A DNA stretch of 26,043 nt from Planctomycetota bacterium (GTDB lineage Bacteria; Planctomycetota; B15-G4; JADJEK01): assembly GCA_044225365.1 (NCBI GenBank), contig JBGAIQ010000071.1, positions 1-26,043 of the forward strand, read 5' to 3'. The notes under the pieces are model-generated. The model made no database searches and was not told where the DNA came from. It saw nothing but the letters and a program-made list of their open reading frames with translations. The position numbers and the translations under genes were made by a program. Below are positions 9,717-19,346 of this stretch, in pieces (position 1 is the first letter of the stretch; the number at the start of each line of letters is the position of its first letter).

Positions 9717-10685
9717 ATGCACAAGCCCCTGATCGCGCTCTTCCTCATCGTCTCCCTGGCCGGCTGCAACGCCATGAAGGAGAAGATGGCGAAGATGAAG
9801 GACAAGACGACCAACGCGGCGCAGCAGTCCGAGCAGAACGCGGCGGCTGCGGCTGCGGCGGCGCATCACGATCCGATGCACCCCCTCTCGGGCGGCAAGA
9901 ACAACAACAACGGTGGCAACGGTGCCAACAGCGGCAACGGTGCGGGCGACGCGAGCCAGGGCGGCGGCCAGGGCGCGACGGGCGGCGGCGCGGCGAGTGC
10001 CGAGGTCGGTGGCGCTGCTGCCGGGGGCGCGGCGAGCGGCTCGGCGGAGGGAACGGGCGCAGATGCGTCGGGCCAAGGCGGCGGCGGACAGGATCCGGGC
10101 GCGACGAATGCGGGCGGCGGCGGTGATGCCTCGGCGGGCGGCGGCGACGCATCCGCAGCGGGCGGTGGCGCTCCCGTCTACAACCCGGCCGACTGCACCA
10201 CGCCGACGAACAAGCCCGAGGATGTCGAGAAGGACGGCACCGAGCGATGGGGCTGGACCGATGCCAAGGTCGGTTGGCTCATTCGCACGCGTCAGCCCGG
10301 CGGGATCGAGATGTCGCAAGCTGCGATCGAGTCGCGCGAGAAGAGCTTCCTCCAGGAGACCAAGATCTACTCGAACGGCGCGGTCATGACCTGCAGCCGC
10401 AGTTGGACGGCGCGTCTCATGCCGAAGGTCGAACCCGCGAAGGACCAGGATGGCAAGGAGATCCAGTACGAACAGAAGGTCACGGATCTGCCCGACGAGT
10501 CGGTGACGATCAGCGGCAAGTCGTACCACTGCAAGGTCAAGAAGGTCTGGTCCAAGGTGGCGGGCACCGAGTCGACCTCGACGAGTTGGACCTGCGACGA
10601 AATCCCAGGCTGGCTGGTGAAGAGCGTCATGGAGACCGACCAGGGTCCGCAGACGGTCTACGAGCTCGTCGAGTTGCACATGTGA
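9717..10685 (+). CDS. Hypothetical lipoprotein with Gly/Ala-rich linker and C-terminal beta-rich domain
   Basis: AAGGA SD, MHKPLIALFLIVSLAGC lipobox, strongly GC3-biased codons; the coding part is the distal portion of track ORF 8253..10685. Confidence 0.85.
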   Translation: MHKPLIALFLIVSLAGCNAMKEKMAKMKDKTTNAAQQSEQNAAAAAAAAHHDPMHPLSGGKNNNNGGNGANSGNGAGDASQGGGQGATGGGAASAEVGGAAAGGAASGSAEGTGADASGQGGGGQDPGATNAGGGGDASAGGGDASAAGGGAPVYNPADCTTPTNKPEDVEKDGTERWGWTDAKVGWLIRTRQPGGIEMSQAAIESREKSFLQETKIYSNGAVMTCSRSWTARLMPKVEPAKDQDGKEIQYEQKVTDLPDESVTISGKSYHCKVKKVWSKVAGTESTSTSWTCDEIPGWLVKSVMETDQGPQTVYELVELHM

Positions 10686-10724
10686 ATCACGCTCCAGATC
10701 GTTCTTCCGTGATCTGGACGATTC
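10684..10724 (+). terminator. Hairpin after lipoprotein gene (possible terminator)
   Basis: TCCAGATC (10693-10700) pairs with GATCTGGA (10711-10718) just after the stop; no strong U tract. Confidence 0.3.
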
Positions 10725-10809
10725 GCTCCGAATCTCGCACAGCGGTCGATACCTTGACGCTCCATCGAACCGGAAAGAGTTCGAAGCGCCTAGCGTGGAG
10801 ATCGCGGGC

Positions 10810-13320
10810 ATGTCGGGAAGTAGTGAGCGTGAACGCGTAGCCGTGAAAGGCACTCGCAGGGTTCCCGCAACGAGCGGCGACGCTGCGGTGATGCGCTGCG
10901 AGCAGTCCATCGACGGTCGAGTCGTTGCGATCGACCCCGGACTGTGCGAACGCCTCGGCCGAAGCGAAGCCGATCTCGTCGGCAAGCTCGTCGTCGAGAT
11001 CGTTCACGAATCCGATCGCGGACTCCTCGAATCGCGCCGCCAGGATCTCCTGAGCGGCGCGATTCGCATTTCAGACTGTGAACTGCGTCTCTTGCGCGCT
11101 TCGGGCGAGTCGTTCCCGGCGCGACTCACCAGCATCGTCGACAGGGACTCGTCCGGTCGGCCGCCTCAGATCTTCACCCAGGTGATCGATCGATCGCTTC
11201 GCACGACCGAGGAGATGCAGTTGCGCCGCAACAACGCGCTGTTGCGAGCCGTGACGGTCGCGCAACGCGCCTTCATCGATCGCCCCGATCCGGCTTTGGT
11301 GTTCGATCTGTTGCTGAGATCGGCCATCGCGATCACGCAGAGCGCGTTCGGGTTCATCGGCGAGTTGCGGCGCGACGACAAGTCGAACGATTACCTGCAT
11401 TGCTATGCGATCAGCGATCTCGCCTGGGACGACATGACGCGCACGCTCTTCGCGGAGGTTCCTTATCGCGGAATCGACTTCCACGAGCTGAAGACGTTGT
11501 TCGGCGCCGTTCTGACGAGCGGCACGACCGTGATCAGCAACGACCCGAAGAACGACCCACGAGCCAAAGGCGTGCCCGCCGGACACCAAGCGCTTACCGC
11601 CTTCCTGGGCGTGCCTCTTCGCCATCAGGGCCAGATCGTCGGGATGCTCGCTCTCGCGAACCGTGACGGCGGATACCACGAATCGATTCGCGATGAGATC
11701 GAGCCGCTCCTCGTGACGTGCGCGAGCATCATCGAGGGACTGCGCAGCGAGGCGCGTCGCGGCGCGGCGGAGGCGGCCCTGCGCGACAGTGAGCAGCGAT
11801 TCCGCGGCTACTTCGAACTCCCCCTTGTGGGGATTGCAGTGACGGGTGTCGAAGGGAAGTGGCTCGAAGCGAACGACCGCGTCTGTCAGATCCTCGGCTA
11901 TCCGCGCGAGGAACTGCTCACGATGACGGTCGCACAGATCACGCACCCCGACGATCTCATCGGCTGTTTCGAGGTGGTCGCTCGCGCGGCACGCGGCGAG
12001 ATCGACGGCTTCACTTTCGAGAAGCGCTGGCTGCGGAAGGACGGCAGTATCGTTCACGCGACGATCTCGGGACGAGGCGTCTTCAACGCGAGCGGCTGTG
12101 CGGACTATTTCGTCGTGATGATCCAGGACACGAGCGAACTGCGAGCGGCGCGCGAGGAACGGGTGGCGATCGAACGCCGAATGCTCGAGACGCAAAGGCT
12201 CGAGAGCCTGGGCGCGCTCGCCGGCGGGATCGCGCACGACTTCAACAATCTCATGACGAGCGTGCTCGGTCATGCGGGACTCGCGCGTCTCGACGTGGCC
12301 GATCCGATCGTGTCCGACTCGCACCTTTCGAAGATCGAGGAAGCCGCGAATCGCGCCGCGGATCTCTGCCGGCAGATGCTCTCCTACGCGGGGAAGGGCC
12401 AGTTCGTTCTCGGACCAGTCGCCGTGGAACGCGTCGTGCGCGGTACCGTCGACCTGCTGCGCATCTCGGTTCGACGCAACGCGCGGGTGCGTCTCGAGAG
12501 CGAGCCCGGGCTGCCCACGATCATTGCGGACGAATCGCAGATTCGCCAGGTCGTGATGAATCTCGTGCTCAACGCCTCGGAGGCGCTGCCGGACACGGGC
12601 GGTGAGATCGTGATCGGCACGCGAGTCGAGACGGTGGCGGAGACCCGACTCGCCACGCGGCATCAATTCGGCGATCTCGTTCCCGGTCGGTACGTAGTGA
12701 TCGCGGTCGTCGATTCCGGCTGCGGGATGAGCGATGAGCAACTCACGCGCATCTACGAGCCGTTCTACTCGACGAAATTCACTGGCCGCGGCCTCGGGCT
12801 CTCGGTCGTACTCGGGGTCGTGAAAGCGCACGGTGGCGCGCTGCGAGTCGATTCCTCTCCGATGCTCGGCACTCGGTTCGAAGCCTACTTCCCGCTCGAT
12901 GCGACGATTCCGTTGGTCCACAGCGACGAATCGACCGACACGAACATTCTGCACGGTCATGGTTCCGTGCTCGTCATCGACGACGATCTCGTCGTCGCAA
13001 CGACGGTGGCGTCGATGCTGCGATGCTGCGGATTCGAATCGATCGTGATGACGAAGGCGAATGCTGCCATCGAGCGCTTCAAACTCGATCACGAGAAGAT
13101 CGATCTCGTGCTGCTCGACTTGACGATGCCCGAACTCTCCGGAGGCGAGACCTGTCGCCGCTTGCGCTCGATCGATTCGCGTGTGCCGATCGTGATCATG
13201 AGTGGCTTCACGAGCGACGATTCGCTGACCCGACTGTCCGACCTGGGAGCGACCGCGTTCCTTCAGAAGCCATTCTCGATCGGGGAATTGAGCCGGCGGA
13301 TGCGAGTGCTCTTCGCCTGA
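10810..13320 (+). CDS. Hybrid sensor histidine kinase PAS-GAF-PAS-HisKA-HATPase-REC
   Basis: PAS (IVHESDR; ITHPDD, EKRWLRKDG), GAF (FLGVPL..GMLALAN), H-box AGGIAHDFNNL, NLVLNA, DSGCGM, FYSTKFTGRGLGL, receiver VIDDD...LLDLTMP...FLQKPF. Start uncertain (10795-10891). Confidence 0.95.
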   Translation: MSGSSERERVAVKGTRRVPATSGDAAVMRCEQSIDGRVVAIDPGLCERLGRSEADLVGKLVVEIVHESDRGLLESRRQDLLSGAIRISDCELRLLRASGESFPARLTSIVDRDSSGRPPQIFTQVIDRSLRTTEEMQLRRNNALLRAVTVAQRAFIDRPDPALVFDLLLRSAIAITQSAFGFIGELRRDDKSNDYLHCYAISDLAWDDMTRTLFAEVPYRGIDFHELKTLFGAVLTSGTTVISNDPKNDPRAKGVPAGHQALTAFLGVPLRHQGQIVGMLALANRDGGYHESIRDEIEPLLVTCASIIEGLRSEARRGAAEAALRDSEQRFRGYFELPLVGIAVTGVEGKWLEANDRVCQILGYPREELLTMTVAQITHPDDLIGCFEVVARAARGEIDGFTFEKRWLRKDGSIVHATISGRGVFNASGCADYFVVMIQDTSELRAAREERVAIERRMLETQRLESLGALAGGIAHDFNNLMTSVLGHAGLARLDVADPIVSDSHLSKIEEAANRAADLCRQMLSYAGKGQFVLGPVAVERVVRGTVDLLRISVRRNARVRLESEPGLPTIIADESQIRQVVMNLVLNASEALPDTGGEIVIGTRVETVAETRLATRHQFGDLVPGRYVVIAVVDSGCGMSDEQLTRIYEPFYSTKFTGRGLGLSVVLGVVKAHGGALRVDSSPMLGTRFEAYFPLDATIPLVHSDESTDTNILHGHGSVLVIDDDLVVATTVASMLRCCGFESIVMTKANAAIERFKLDHEKIDLVLLDLTMPELSGGETCRRLRSIDSRVPIVIMSGFTSDDSLTRLSDLGATAFLQKPFSIGELSRRMRVLFA

Positions 13321-13333
13321 GGCGGTCTGCGTC

Positions 13334-14068
13334 TCACCGCTGGGAGCGGATCGAGCGCGCGGCTTCCAGGATCTCCGTCGGAGTCGCGCGATCACGCACG
13401 TCGATCGCGGCATGCTTCCAGCGCACGATCCCATCGTTCGAGACGAGGAACAGCGTGGCGTAGAAGATATCCGCGTGTTGCGGACTGCCCTGCGCGTGGC
13501 GCAGACCGAGCCGGTCCATGACCGTGCGACCGGAGTCGGACGCGAACAGGAAGGGCAGTTGGAACCGCTCGCACCCGCGCAGGAGATCGGCGGTGGAGTC
13601 TGCACTCACCGTGACGACTCGAACGCCGGCATCCGTGAGTTCCGCCTCACTCCTTCCGAGCCGGACCAGCTCGGCGACGCAGGAGACTCACCAGAAGCCG
13701 CGAAAGCAGAGGAGGAGCGTCAGCGGTGGGGCTCGCTCGTCGAGGAGGGCGATGCGTTCACCTCGCACGTCGACGAGCACGAGGTCGGCGAGACTCGCTC
13801 CGATCGGTGGTCCGAGCGGTCGGTCCTTCGCGTAGCGGGTGAAGTACTCGAGCGAACCGCTGAAGAACACGGCGCCCACGACTGCGAGGACCGCACTCGT
13901 TCGTGCGAGGCGCGAACCGCCGCGCTTCCATTGCAGGATCGCAAGGACGATGGAGAGCAGCAGCGCGACGTGCTGCGGGATCGAGTAGCGGTCGAGTACG
14001 CCGATCCGCATCACGTAGAGAGCGACGATCCCCGCGGTCGTGATGAGCAGTGCGAGGAATCCGAACAC
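13334..14068 (-). CDS. Membrane-anchored AhpC/TSA (peroxiredoxin-like) selenoprotein, Sec at UGA 13690-13688
   Basis: Track ORFs 13688..14116 and 13334..13609 are in the same frame; read-through gives LLLCFRGFW-U-VSCVAEL...VVTVSADS...FLFASD...ATLFLVSNDGIVRWKH, a complete thioredoxin-fold Prx-like domain; SECIS-like hairpin follows; GTG start at 14068 just after the dus stop. Confidence 0.87.
13650..13687 (-). promoter_or_regulatory. Putative bacterial SECIS element
   Basis: After UGA: GU-CUCCU-GCGUCG-CCGAGCUG-GUC-CGGCUCGG-A-AGGAG; 8-bp upper stem, apical loop starting with G at +22, lower CUCCU/AGGAG stem. Confidence 0.75.
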
Positions 14069-14072
14069 GTTC

Positions 14073-15269
14073 TCAGCCGCCTTCGAACGATGCCGAGGCT
14101 TCGTCCTGGCACGCAAGGGCGGGCAGCGTGTCGTCGCTCTCGAAGTCGCCGTCGAGGTAGCCGTAGGGCAATGCGACCTTCTGTGTTCCCGCGTGCTTCG
14201 CGCGCTTTGCGCGGATGGCGTCGGGCGGATACGGGATCGTGGGGTCGAGTTTCGAGAACAGCGCCTCGAGTTCCAAGAGGCGCGTGCAGCGATTCAATTG
14301 CGCTCGCAGCTCCGCGGTGTCGCGAAAGCCCTTCGTGTACCAGGCACCATGCCGGCGCATGTGCAGTACGCCGAGATGTTCTCCGAAGAAGCGCACGAGT
14401 TCTCGCGCATGCTCGAGAACGATCGCGGAGACTTCGCCGAGGCTCGGCGGGTCCTTTGGTTCTTCACCGCGGTAGACTGCATCGAGATCGCGGAACAGCC
14501 ACGGCCTGCCGAGGCAGCCCCGCCCGATGATGACGCCGTCGCATCCGGTCTGTCGCATCATGCGGAGAGCATCCCACGGTTCGTAGATGTCGCCGTTGCC
14601 GAGCACCGGAATCTTGACGTGGGCCTTCAACTCGCCGATCTTCGACCAGTCGGCTTCGCCGTCGTAGAGCTGCGCCGCAGTGCGCGCGTGGAGTCCCACC
14701 GCGGAGCAACCTTCCTGCTCGGCGATGCGGCCCGCGTTCTTGAAGGTGATCAGGGTGTCGTCGATTCCCGCGCGGAACTTGCACGTGACGGGCACCCTGC
14801 CCGAGGCCCGCACGACGGCGCCGACGAGCTGCGCCATGACCTTCGGTTTCACGGGGATCGCCGCGCCGCCGCCGTTTCCCGTCACCTTGCGGACTGGGCA
14901 ACCGAAGTTCATGTCGATGTGGTCGACGCGATCCTCGGCGACGAGTCGCGCCGCGGCCTCGCCGAGATAACGCGGATCGGTGCCGTACAACTGGATCGAG
15001 CGCGGCACTTCGTCGTCGGCGAAAGCGGCGAGGTGGTGCGTCTTCTTGTTGTTCTCCACGTAGCCGCGCGCCGTGATCATCTCGCTCACGTAGAGCCCGC
15101 CGCCGAATTCGCGACAGATCCTGCGGAACGGTGAGTTCGTGACACCCGCCATCGGCGCGAGGACCACCGGTGGATCGACGACGAGGTTCCCGATGCGCAG
15201 CGTTTGGAATTCGCCCGGACGCGCCGGTGCGACGTCCTGATTCAACGTGCTCTTGTAGACCGGGTCCAT
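14073..15269 (-). CDS. dusB: tRNA-dihydrouridine synthase (DusB-like)
   Basis: LAPMAGVT, SEMIT, QLYG, IDMNFGCPV, HART, GNGDI, GVIIGRGCLGRPWLF. Confidence 0.93.
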   Translation of the reverse strand: MDPVYKSTLNQDVAPARPGEFQTLRIGNLVVDPPVVLAPMAGVTNSPFRRICREFGGGLYVSEMITARGYVENNKKTHHLAAFADDEVPRSIQLYGTDPRYLGEAAARLVAEDRVDHIDMNFGCPVRKVTGNGGGAAIPVKPKVMAQLVGAVVRASGRVPVTCKFRAGIDDTLITFKNAGRIAEQEGCSAVGLHARTAAQLYDGEADWSKIGELKAHVKIPVLGNGDIYEPWDALRMMRQTGCDGVIIGRGCLGRPWLFRDLDAVYRGEEPKDPPSLGEVSAIVLEHARELVRFFGEHLGVLHMRRHGAWYTKGFRDTAELRAQLNRCTRLLELEALFSKLDPTIPYPPDAIRAKRAKHAGTQKVALPYGYLDGDFESDDTLPALACQDEASASFEGG

Positions 15270-15285
15270 TCGCTTCGGCGCCCGC

Positions 15286-15642
15286 TCAGGGTGAGTCTTC
15301 GCCGCGATACGTCACGTAGGACGTCGGGGTCTCGCCGAGCTGGATCTCGTGGATCTTGACGGGCAGCGCCGTCGCGAGTTCGTTCCAGATCCAGATCGCG
15401 AGGTTCTCGGCCGAAGGATTCGGAAGGAGATCGTTCAGGTAGGTGTGGTCGAGACGGCGGATGATCTTCTCGCGCACCACGTTCTTCAGGATGACGAAGT
15501 CGAGAGCCATCCCGTCCTTCTGCACCTTGTTCTCGATCGTGACGGTGAGCCGGAACGTATGGCCGTGGAGGTTCTCGCACTCGCCGTGGTAGTCGGTGAG
15601 CTGATGGGCGGAGTCGAAGGTGAAGACTTTCGAGACGAGCAT
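15286..15642 (-). CDS. queD: 6-carboxy-5,6,7,8-tetrahydropterin synthase
   Basis: FTFDSAH, CENLHGH (CxxxHGH, QueD-type), LDHTYLND, NPSAENLA, ETP. Confidence 0.92.
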   Translation of the reverse strand: MLVSKVFTFDSAHQLTDYHGECENLHGHTFRLTVTIENKVQKDGMALDFVILKNVVREKIIRRLDHTYLNDLLPNPSAENLAIWIWNELATALPVKIHEIQLGETPTSYVTYRGEDSP

Positions 15643-15652
15643 GGGCCTGTGA

Positions 15653-16228
15653 TTAGAACACGCGGCCCTTCTCCGAGGAAAGCAGCGTCATCACCTCGTT
15701 TCGCGCGGCGCCGTTCACGTGGAACACCCCGCGAAGGGCCGAAGTGATCATCGTCGAGCCTGGTTTACGGACTCCGCGTGCCGTCATGCACGTGTGTCCG
15801 GCCTCGATGACGACCGCAACTCCCGACGGTTTCACCTTCTCCATCACCAGATCGGCGATCTGGCTGGTGAGCCTTTCCTGGACCTGGGGCCGGCGAGCAA
15901 AGCCCTCGACGACGCGCGCGATCTTCGACAGCCCGACGATCCGTCCGTTCGGGATGTAGGCGACATGCGCCTTGCCCGTGAACGGCATCAGGTGGTGCTC
16001 ACAATACGAGTCGAACGGGATGTCCTTCACGAGCACCAGTTCGTGGTGATCCTCGTCGAACATCTTGTTCAGGTGATGGGCGGGATCTTCGTGCAGACCG
16101 CTGAAGACCTCCTTGTACATCCTCGCGACTCTCGCCGGCGTGTCCCGCAGTCCATCGCGGTCCGGATTCTCTCCGATCGCGATCAGGATCTCCTTCACTG
16201 CGCGGGCGATTCGTTCGGTATCCACCAC
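15653..16228 (-). CDS. folE: GTP cyclohydrolase I
   Basis: [44 protein letters not shown]; GGAG SD 6 nt before GTG 16228. Confidence 0.97.
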   Translation of the reverse strand: MVDTERIARAVKEILIAIGENPDRDGLRDTPARVARMYKEVFSGLHEDPAHHLNKMFDEDHHELVLVKDIPFDSYCEHHLMPFTGKAHVAYIPNGRIVGLSKIARVVEGFARRPQVQERLTSQIADLVMEKVKPSGVAVVIEAGHTCMTARGVRKPGSTMITSALRGVFHVNGAARNEVMTLLSSEKGRVF

Positions 16229-16321
16229 TCTTGACTCCAATCGACTCTGCCGTCCATCCTGCGCCGCGCCGGCAAGGCGATGCGGACGCCTCCTCCAAGA
16301 TAGCCTGACCTCCTGCAATGC

Positions 16322-16363
16322 CGACGCCGATCTCGCGGCGTATCTGCCGGGAGATCGGCGTCG
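16322..16363 (-). terminator. Long GC hairpin downstream of the M56 gene
   Basis: Perfect 13-bp inverted repeat CGACGCCGATCTC/GAGATCGGCGTCG with an inner CGGC/GCCG stem, ~20 bp past the stop at 16383. Confidence 0.55.
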
Positions 16364-16382
16364 CTTTCGCACCCTCGAACGG

Positions 16383-18824
16383 TCAGGACTTCGAGTTCAC
16401 GACGGGCAGGATCGAAGCATCGACATCGTTCGCATTGGGGAACGCGCCGTCCTTCGAGTTGCTCGGGAGGTAGGGCCCCATCTTGTTGGGGTTCTCGGTG
16501 GGCGCGAGCGTGGTGATGCCCGCGAGCGACTCCACGATCCGCATCCGGACGACTTCGTTGTCGATCTTGCTCAAGAGTTGAATGAACGCTCGCTTCACAT
16601 CGGGCTCGCGAACGAAGCGCGAGAGCGCATCGACGAGAGTGCGCTGGATGACGACGGACACTCCGCCATCGAGGCCCTGGATGACCACGCGCCGCACCTT
16701 CGGGTCGGCGACGTCTTCCGCGAGCTTCTCCGCGACATGCAGGCGGGCGACGGGATTGTCGTCGCGGACCAGCATCTCGACGAAGACGGATTGGATCTCG
16801 GTGCTGCCAGCGACTTCGGATGCGAGGGCGTCGATGATCGCCATCCGCGCCACTTCGTTGCGACTGCTGCGCAGGACCTTCGTCATCGCGTTCTGCACGG
16901 CTTGATCCGTCGCCTGGCTCGTGAGTGCGCGCGCTGCGTTGATCTGCATCGATTCATTGGTGTCGTTGAGAAGGGCGTCGACGAGAGCGTCGCGCGCGTC
17001 GGGCTCGTTCGCGTAGGGCGCGAGCGCTTCGGTCATCGTGATGCGGTTGAACTCGTCATTGTCCATCGCGAACAGGCGTACGAAGAGTTCGCGGGCATCA
17101 TCGGAAAGCGTCTCGCGCTTCAGCAGTTCATCGAGGACGGTCACCTTGAGCTGTTGGCTGCGACTGTTCTGCAGCGCGTTCATGAACGCGTCCTTCACCT
17201 CGCGTTCGCGGATGAACGGCGCGAGCGCGCTCGCCGCCGTGGCGCGGGTCGTGATGTGCTGATCGTTGAGGAGCGTCTGGATCAGGGCGCGCTTCACGTC
17301 GGGATCCATCGGCAGCGGCTCACCGCCGCCGTTCATGCCCCCGTTCATCAGGGAACCGCCGCTCGACACGAGCTGCGCTCGCGCGCCGTTGTCTGCGCCA
17401 CGCTTGCTCGCGAGCAGCTCCTGCAGGCGCTTGCTGCGTTCTTCGGGCGAGAGCGGCGATTGCAGCACGTCGCTCTTCTTCTTGTTCGGGGTCGGCTTGT
17501 TCGCGTCGCGCGGCGGCTTTTGCAGGTCCGAAGGCTTCCTCGCATCGCACGCATTCGGATCTTGCGGGGGCAACACGATCGGCGCGGTCTGTTTCGGCGG
17601 GCAGTAAGCGACCATCGACTCGCTCTCGCCGCCAAAGGCGGGGAGAGCCGTGGCGACGAACACGTGCGCGACGCAGAGCGCGGCGATCGCCGAGCCACCC
17701 GCGACGGCGAAGCGCAGGCGCTTCGCGGAGCGATTCTTCGACATTCCCTGACGCATGGACGTGAGCATTTCGATCCTCCTTCGGAGCAACGAACGACGGC
17801 GTTTCCAATGGATCCAAGAAACCCAATGCAGCAAAGCGGTGGTATTGGTCGCGGCTCCCCGTCGACTCTGCGTCGACAAGGGGTCGGACGAGTGTTCTGC
17901 GGCGTAGTCGAGCAAGGCGCGCGCGTAGCTCCGGCGGCGGCCCGTTCGCTCGGCGACTTGTTGATCGCACGCGAGTTCGCGCGCGTCGGACAAGGCGCGA
18001 ACGAGCCACCAGGCGACCGGATGGAACCAGAACATCGTGATCAACAAGCGCTCAGCGATCTGGATCAGCGGATCGCGCTGCTCGAGGTGGATCATCTCGT
18101 GCAGCAGCGCGAGATGCGTGCGGGAGGCGAGTGCGGCGTCGTCCAGGTCGGCGATCGGAATCACGATCACCGGGTTCCACACGCCGGCGCAGCACGGCGC
18201 GTCGATCTCGGTCGAGACGCGCACGCGATATCGCTTGAGATGGGAGTGCTCCGCAGCGGCGGCGATCGCGTTGCGCAGGGCCTCGGAATCCGATGCTCGA
18301 GTGCGAGCGAGGAACGCCCGAGTGCGGACGACCCGTCGCAGTTGGATCCCGATGAAGATGAGGAGTCCGACGAGGTGCGCGAGCGCTGCGAGCACGACGA
18401 GTCGCGAATCGAGCTCGAACCCCGTCGCGGTCGAATCGGGCGCGCTCTTCGTCGCGAGGCTCGGACCTCGCGCGATCACGGAGGGAGGATCCGCCACGAC
18501 GGGCGCGGGCACGGCCGGGATCTCGGCGATCGCCGGTCTCGCTCCTCCCGAGTTCCGCCGCGGGGCGTCGCGGAGAAGGACGAGATTCGACGCGAATGCC
18601 CTCTGCCCTTGCGAGATCGGAGCTCTCAGGAGGCGCGTTGCGGTGAGGACTTGAAGGGGGAGCAGTGCGAGGCAGGAGAGCAGCGCGAGTCGTGCGGTCC
18701 GGTGCACCGCGACCGCATCATCGCGCACGCACCGCATGACGATCGCCGCGATCGCGGCGACGAGGAAGATCGCGATCGAAGCGAGCGCGACGTGAGCCGT
18801 CAATCCGACGAGGATCGAGCTCAT
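16383..18824 (-). CDS. BlaR1/MecR1-like M56 metallopeptidase with C-terminal HEAT-like repeats
   Basis: N-terminal TM helices, [19 protein letters not shown] (18087-18101), [25 protein letters not shown], one further TM, then eight 33-34 aa helical repeats. Confidence 0.92.
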   Translation of the reverse strand: MSSILVGLTAHVALASIAIFLVAAIAAIVMRCVRDDAVAVHRTARLALLSCLALLPLQVLTATRLLRAPISQGQRAFASNLVLLRDAPRRNSGGARPAIAEIPAVPAPVVADPPSVIARGPSLATKSAPDSTATGFELDSRLVVLAALAHLVGLLIFIGIQLRRVVRTRAFLARTRASDSEALRNAIAAAAEHSHLKRYRVRVSTEIDAPCCAGVWNPVIVIPIADLDDAALASRTHLALLHEMIHLEQRDPLIQIAERLLITMFWFHPVAWWLVRALSDARELACDQQVAERTGRRRSYARALLDYAAEHSSDPLSTQSRRGAATNTTALLHWVSWIHWKRRRSLLRRRIEMLTSMRQGMSKNRSAKRLRFAVAGGSAIAALCVAHVFVATALPAFGGESESMVAYCPPKQTAPIVLPPQDPNACDARKPSDLQKPPRDANKPTPNKKKSDVLQSPLSPEERSKRLQELLASKRGADNGARAQLVSSGGSLMNGGMNGGGEPLPMDPDVKRALIQTLLNDQHITTRATAASALAPFIREREVKDAFMNALQNSRSQQLKVTVLDELLKRETLSDDARELFVRLFAMDNDEFNRITMTEALAPYANEPDARDALVDALLNDTNESMQINAARALTSQATDQAVQNAMTKVLRSSRNEVARMAIIDALASEVAGSTEIQSVFVEMLVRDDNPVARLHVAEKLAEDVADPKVRRVVIQGLDGGVSVVIQRTLVDALSRFVREPDVKRAFIQLLSKIDNEVVRMRIVESLAGITTLAPTENPNKMGPYLPSNSKDGAFPNANDVDASILPVVNSKS

Positions 18825-18827
18825 CGA

Positions 18828-19268
18828 TCACCTCTTCGTCTCGGGCTTCTTGGGATCGGGATCCTCTTCGTCGTCGAGTTGGTTCTCGATCATCGAGCGC
18901 AGCTTCAGGAGATCGTCGCGCGAGAGCTTGTCATCGCCGACGAGGTGGACGAGCAGCGGTTCGACTTCGCCATCGAAGAGCCGATCGACGAGATCGCCGA
19001 TCATCGACTTCGAGGCCTGCTCGCGCGACACGCGCGGTGAGAAGAGATGCGCCCGCCCCGGTCCGGGCTCGGAGAGGACGACGCGCTTGTCCTCGAGGAT
19101 CTTGAGGACGGTCTGCACCGTCGTGTAGGCGAGTGGACGCGAGCGCGTCGCGTTCACGCGCTCCACCACATCGCGCGCGGTGAGAGCGAGCGGCGCGGAG
19201 TCCCAAACTGCCCGCATCACTTCGAGCTCGAGCTTCGTGAGCAGGATCGATTTGCCGTGACTGGTCAT
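18828..19268 (-). CDS. BlaI/MecI/CopY family transcriptional repressor
   Basis: LTKLELEVMRAVW, LAYTTVQTVLKILEDK, GRAHLFSP, LVDRLFDG; 3 bp upstream of the M56 gene; start at ATG 19268. Confidence 0.94.
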   Translation of the reverse strand: MTSHGKSILLTKLELEVMRAVWDSAPLALTARDVVERVNATRSRPLAYTTVQTVLKILEDKRVVLSEPGPGRAHLFSPRVSREQASKSMIGDLVDRLFDGEVEPLLVHLVGDDKLSRDDLLKLRSMIENQLDDEEDPDPKKPETKR

Positions 19269-19346
19269 CGCATGCCACCTCGATCGAATCGGGTCGCCGT
19301 TGGGAGCGGGGGCGCCCGGGGCGAATTTCGTGAGTCGCGACCGCGG

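Noticed and set aside
13334-14116. Pseudogene or two separate small genes; alternatively genome-wide UGA reassignment
   Set aside because: The UGA falls exactly at the catalytic Cys position with a SECIS-like hairpin and no other lesions; many other genes here end properly at TGA.
15286-16228. 7-deazaguanine DNA modification (dpd) defence cluster
   Set aside because: No dpdA/tgt-like, queC or queE genes adjacent; the context is housekeeping.
16113-19040. 975-aa plus-strand ORF (also the long antisense ORFs 2559..4499, 6275..8116, 11071..13605, 19886..22255)
   Set aside because: Antisense shadows of well-supported genes, expected in high-GC DNA; no motifs.
16383-19268. Beta-lactam resistance locus
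   Set aside because: No penicillin-binding sensor domain and no beta-lactamase or PBP2a gene adjacent.
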